Shown piece by piece: positions 60,766 through 64,000 of a stretch of DNA of 64,000 nucleotides; the first letter of the stretch is position 1, and each line of letters opens with the position of its first letter. Source of the DNA: Candidatus Latescibacterota bacterium (lineage in GTDB: Bacteria > Latescibacterota > UBA2968 > GCA-2709665); the NCBI GenBank assembly GCA_965226795.1, contig CBDDDZ010000004.1, forward strand, positions 640,001 through 704,000, written 5' to 3'. The translations under genes were made by a program, and so were the position numbers. The notes under the pieces are model-generated. The model saw only the letters and a program-made list of their open reading frames with translations. It was not told the origin of the DNA and made no database searches.

Positions 60766-61878
60766 ATGGTGGAATTGCCCGAGACGATTCTGCAATTTGG
60801 CGGCGGCGGTTTTCTCCGGGCGTTCGCCGATGTGTTCGTACACGAGGCGAATGCCGGCGGTGAAGCCGTGGGGCGCGTCGTGGTTGTGCAGTCCACCGAA
60901 GGCAATCGCGCGGCTTTGCTGAACGCGCAGAGCGGGCGGTATCACGTGGTCTTCAGGGGGTTGTCGGAAGGGGAAAAAATCGACAGAACACTCGCGGTTC
61001 GAAGTATCAGCCGGGCGGTGCTCGCGAAATCCGAGTGGGCGAAGGTGATGGAGGTCGCCCGGTCGCCGGCGTTACACATGGTCATTTCCAATGCGACCGA
61101 AGCGGGGTACTCGCTCGTTGACAAAGATAATCCCGAAACGCCCCGATCATTCCCCGCCCGACTGCTTTGTGTTCTTCACGCCCGCTACGAAGCCGGCCTG
61201 CCGGGTCTTTCGGTGTTGCCCTGTGAGCTTGTAGAGCCGAATGGCGAGTTGCTTCGGGAACTGGTGCTTGCCCAGGCCGAGGCCTGGCGTCTGGATTCGG
61301 GGTTTCTGGACTGGATCCGCCGGGACGTGCGATGGGTGAACACGCTGGTGGACCGAATCGTAAGCGGCAGGCCGCATGCGCATCCGCTTCTGGCGTCGGA
61401 CGGTTTGCTGACGGTAGCGGAGCCGTTCGCCCTTTGGGTGGTCGAGGCGGGAGCGGGGGATCTTTTCGCGCATCCGTGTGTCCGGTTCGTTGACGACGTT
61501 CGACCGTATGCATTGCGGAAGGTGCGCATCCTGAACGGGGCGCATACGGCACTGGTGTGCAGGGCGCTTCCGTCGGGATTGAAGACGGTTCGGGAGGCGG
61601 TCGAGGATCCGGTGGTCGGGCCGTGGCTGAGGCGCCTGGTTTTCGATGAAATCGTGCCGACGCTTCAAGATGTCGTGGAAGGCGCCGGTCGGTTTGCCGA
61701 ACAGGTTCTGGAGCGATTCGCCAATCCCTTCCTGGATCACCGGCTCGAGGATATCGCGCTGCATCACGAAGAGAAAATAAAAGTCCGTCTGATGCCCACC
61801 TATGAGGCGTTTCTGAAGGCATTTGGCCAGCCACCGGACTTGCTGGGGAACATACTCGCTCGGGAAGCCGGGCGATGA
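60766..61878 (+). CDS. uxaB: Tagaturonate/altronate oxidoreductase (mannitol dehydrogenase family)
   Basis: LPETILQFGGG.FLRAF, ISNATEAG, PCEL, LVDRIV, KVRILNGAHT, ERFANPF. Confidence 0.85.
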   Translation: MVELPETILQFGGGGFLRAFADVFVHEANAGGEAVGRVVVVQSTEGNRAALLNAQSGRYHVVFRGLSEGEKIDRTLAVRSISRAVLAKSEWAKVMEVARSPALHMVISNATEAGYSLVDKDNPETPRSFPARLLCVLHARYEAGLPGLSVLPCELVEPNGELLRELVLAQAEAWRLDSGFLDWIRRDVRWVNTLVDRIVSGRPHAHPLLASDGLLTVAEPFALWVVEAGAGDLFAHPCVRFVDDVRPYALRKVRILNGAHTALVCRALPSGLKTVREAVEDPVVGPWLRRLVFDEIVPTLQDVVEGAGRFAEQVLERFANPFLDHRLEDIALHHEEKIKVRLMPTYEAFLKAFGQPPDLLGNILAREAGR

Positions 61879-62525
61879 CGTCTTCCGAAAATCGCCGATA
61901 TGCGATTCCGGCGGGAGTTTGCCGGAACGAAGAAGAGATTGAACGCAGCCGGTTCATCGCAACTTTAACACACGCGCAGACGGTGGATGCGGCAAGATCG
62001 GTCGTGGAGCGGATGCGCGCGGAGTTCCCGGACGCGAGCCACAATTGCTGGGCTTATCTGATCGGACCGCCGGGCACGACGGGTACGGTGGGAATGAGCG
62101 ACGACGGGGAACCCCGGGGCACGGCGGGACGGCCCATGTTGACGACGTTACAGCATAGCGGCGTGGGCGACGCCGCGGTGGTGGTGACGCGTTTTTTTGG
62201 CGGCAGGAAGCTGGGCAGGGGTGGGCTGGTTCGCGCGTATTCGGGCTCGGTGAAAGCCGTGCTGGAAAAACTCAAACTTGCTGAAAGGGTGGTTTGCCGG
62301 ACGCTGCAGGTCAATATCGATTATGCAGCGGTAACGGCTTTCAAGCGTTTGCTCGCGCGTTACGAGGCAGACGTGGAAGCCGAGACCTTCGCAGGGAAGG
62401 TGGAATATACCCTCCGATTGCCCGCCGAATACGAGAAAGCTTTCAGGGCTGAACTCTTCAATCTGACCCGCGGGGAGGCGATTATCGAGACAATGGCTCA
62501 GGTCAGGGGAGGTGTTGATGGATAA
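61875..62525 (+). CDS. yigZ: YigZ/IMPACT family protein
   Basis: SRFIA, ASHNCWAY, SDDGEP.GTAG.PM, VVTRFFGG.KLG.GGLVRAY. Confidence 0.94.
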   Translation: MTSSENRRYAIPAGVCRNEEEIERSRFIATLTHAQTVDAARSVVERMRAEFPDASHNCWAYLIGPPGTTGTVGMSDDGEPRGTAGRPMLTTLQHSGVGDAAVVVTRFFGGRKLGRGGLVRAYSGSVKAVLEKLKLAERVVCRTLQVNIDYAAVTAFKRLLARYEADVEAETFAGKVEYTLRLPAEYEKAFRAELFNLTRGEAIIETMAQVRGGVDG

Positions 62526-63747
62526 AGCAGCACTTTTGGGCGGAACCCCGGTCCGGTCCGAACCGTTTCCGTCCTGGCCGCAATCGGACGGGCGCGACCT
62601 GGATTATTTGCGCGAAGTACTGGATACCAGCCTCTGGGGAGGTACAATTCACGGCCCGAGGGTGTCGGCGTTCTGCGATGCATTCGCCCGGTATTCGGAT
62701 GCGCGGCACGGCGTGGGGATGGGCAGCTGTACGGCCGGGCTGGAGTTGTCCCTCCGGGCATTTGGCGTCGGACCGGGAGACGAAGTGATCGTCCCCGCCT
62801 ACACGTTCATTGCAACGGCGCTGGCGCCGCTTACGATCGGCGCGGATGTTGTTTTCGTGGACATCGACCCCCGGACGTTCTGCGTAACGCCGGAGACGAT
62901 AGAAAGGGCGATATCCTCGCGCACGAAAGCGGTGATTCCCGTTCATTTTGCCGGGCACGCGGCGGACGTGGAAGGAATTCGGGCATTGGGGGACGAGCAC
63001 GGGCTGAAAGTCGTATGGGACGCGGCCCATGCACACACATCCGGGTGGCGGGGCAGGACGCTGGGCGGTCTGGGCGACGTGGCGGTCTACAGTTTCAACC
63101 ACGCAAAGAATCTGACGTGCGGCGAGGGTGGGATCGTGACCACGAACGACGAAGCGCTCGCGGATTTTCTGAAGTTTACACTTTCTACGTTCGGAAGGAA
63201 AAAGGGCCGGCCCTGGTACGAACATCACCATCTGGGCTTTTCGGATCCGTTGACGGAGTTTCAGGGCGCGATTCTGCAGGCGCAATTCGAGCGGTTGGAG
63301 GAGCAGAGCCTTAGGCGCGAGGAGAATGCCAGGTTGCTGATTCGCGGGCTGACGGAGGTTGAAGGGATCGAACCGCCGTACGTCGCTCCGGACGTCACAC
63401 GCCATGGCTGGCACGTCTTTGTCATGACCTATAACGCAGACGCGTTCAAGGGGCTTCCCAAGGAGACGTTTCACAGGGCGCTCGAAGCGGAGGGAATCCC
63501 GAACGGCGGGTATACCTATCCACTGTATGACAATCCCATGTTCAACAAAGGAACCGGCGAGGTTGCCGGAGCGCAGGGCAGGTGTCGCGTGATGCCGTGT
63601 CCGGTGAGCGAATGGGCATGCGGGGACGGCGTATTCAATATAGCGCAATCAGTGCTGCTGGATGACGCCGACGGCATGAACGATATTGTCACCGCCATGG
63701 AGAAGGTGAAAGCGAATGCCGACGCGCTTCTGGAGTGGAAGGAGTAA
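62518..63747 (+). CDS. DegT/DnrJ/EryC1/StrS family aminotransferase
   Basis: GDEVIVPAYTFIAT, PVHFAG, DAAHAH, SFNHAKNLTCGEGG. Confidence 0.92.
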   Translation: MDKAALLGGTPVRSEPFPSWPQSDGRDLDYLREVLDTSLWGGTIHGPRVSAFCDAFARYSDARHGVGMGSCTAGLELSLRAFGVGPGDEVIVPAYTFIATALAPLTIGADVVFVDIDPRTFCVTPETIERAISSRTKAVIPVHFAGHAADVEGIRALGDEHGLKVVWDAAHAHTSGWRGRTLGGLGDVAVYSFNHAKNLTCGEGGIVTTNDEALADFLKFTLSTFGRKKGRPWYEHHHLGFSDPLTEFQGAILQAQFERLEEQSLRREENARLLIRGLTEVEGIEPPYVAPDVTRHGWHVFVMTYNADAFKGLPKETFHRALEAEGIPNGGYTYPLYDNPMFNKGTGEVAGAQGRCRVMPCPVSEWACGDGVFNIAQSVLLDDADGMNDIVTAMEKVKANADALLEWKE

Positions 63748-63750
63748 GGA

Positions 63751-64000
63751 ATGGCCGAGACGGTTGCACTGACACTGTCCCAGCGGTATCATTTCGACAC
63801 ATACGGGTACGTATTGCTGGAAGACGCGTTGACGCCGGACGAGGTGGGACGCATGAAGGCGGCGCTTTACCGGCTGAAAGCCGATCCCGAATCGGCGGCA
63901 CCGCGCGTGTACGTGCGCCCGAGGGGCGACCACCATGTGCTGTTTGGAAATCTGGTGGAGTACGACCCTGCTTTGCTGAAATATGCGGCCCATCCCGGGC
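63751..64000 (+). CDS. Probable phytanoyl-CoA dioxygenase (PhyH) family protein, runs off the right edge
   Basis: Manual translation MAETVALTLSQRYHFDTYGYVLLEDALTPDEV fits the F...GY.....AL..DEV N-terminus of PhyH proteins. Confidence 0.7.
   Translation, partial: MAETVALTLSQRYHFDTYGYVLLEDALTPDEVGRMKAALYRLKADPESAAPRVYVRPRGDHHVLFGNLVEYDPALLKYAAHPG

Noticed and set aside
59008..64000. DegT aminotransferase, PhyH, SnoaL and class V PLP genes as a natural-product cluster
   Set aside because: They are interleaved with uxaB and yigZ, and no core synthase or glycosyltransferase is in the window; sequence past the edge would be needed.

Overview
GC-rich bacterial chromosomal window, mostly housekeeping genes. 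The long SecA and the TPR-exbB-exbD-exbD-tonB-TPR cluster suggest an FCB-group lineage such as Latescibacterota (inference only). Left arm, minus strand: SpoIVB/S55 peptidase and beta-propeller pair, ribD-ribE-ribBA-ribH-nusB, a metallophosphoesterase and secA (partial). Centre, plus strand: a ~19.5 kb aromatic amino acid supra-operon (trpE-trpG-trpD-trpC-trpF-tyrS-HMGL-like aldolase-trpB-trpA-chorismate mutase-DAHP synthase-tyrA-aroA-like-small protein-aroE-menG-DUF559-argS-aroK-aroB). Right arm: mnmA, a catabolic cluster, comM, fabV, amidase, Nudix, a TonB/Exb system, guaB and several PLP enzymes. Main observations: (1) an unannotated 35-aa leader peptide with 2 Phe, 2 Trp and 5 Tyr in 15 codons, plus antiterminator and terminator, ahead of the operon, i.e. 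a candidate attenuator sensing all three aromatic amino acids; (2) the full-length aroA homolog lacks nearly all EPSP synthase catalytic residues and is a candidate pseudoenzyme; (3) a ~150-160 bp MITE-like family, one fragment of which supplies the trpF stop codon; (4) two promoter-driven structured RNA candidates (guaB leader; RNA convergent with rlmH); (5) exact tandem duplications that frameshift trpB (5 bp) and fabV (47 bp); (6) an HNH-like fragment in frame with an MmgE/PrpD gene. No tRNA, rRNA, CRISPR array, integrase or transposase was seen. All product calls rest on motif recognition, not database searches.
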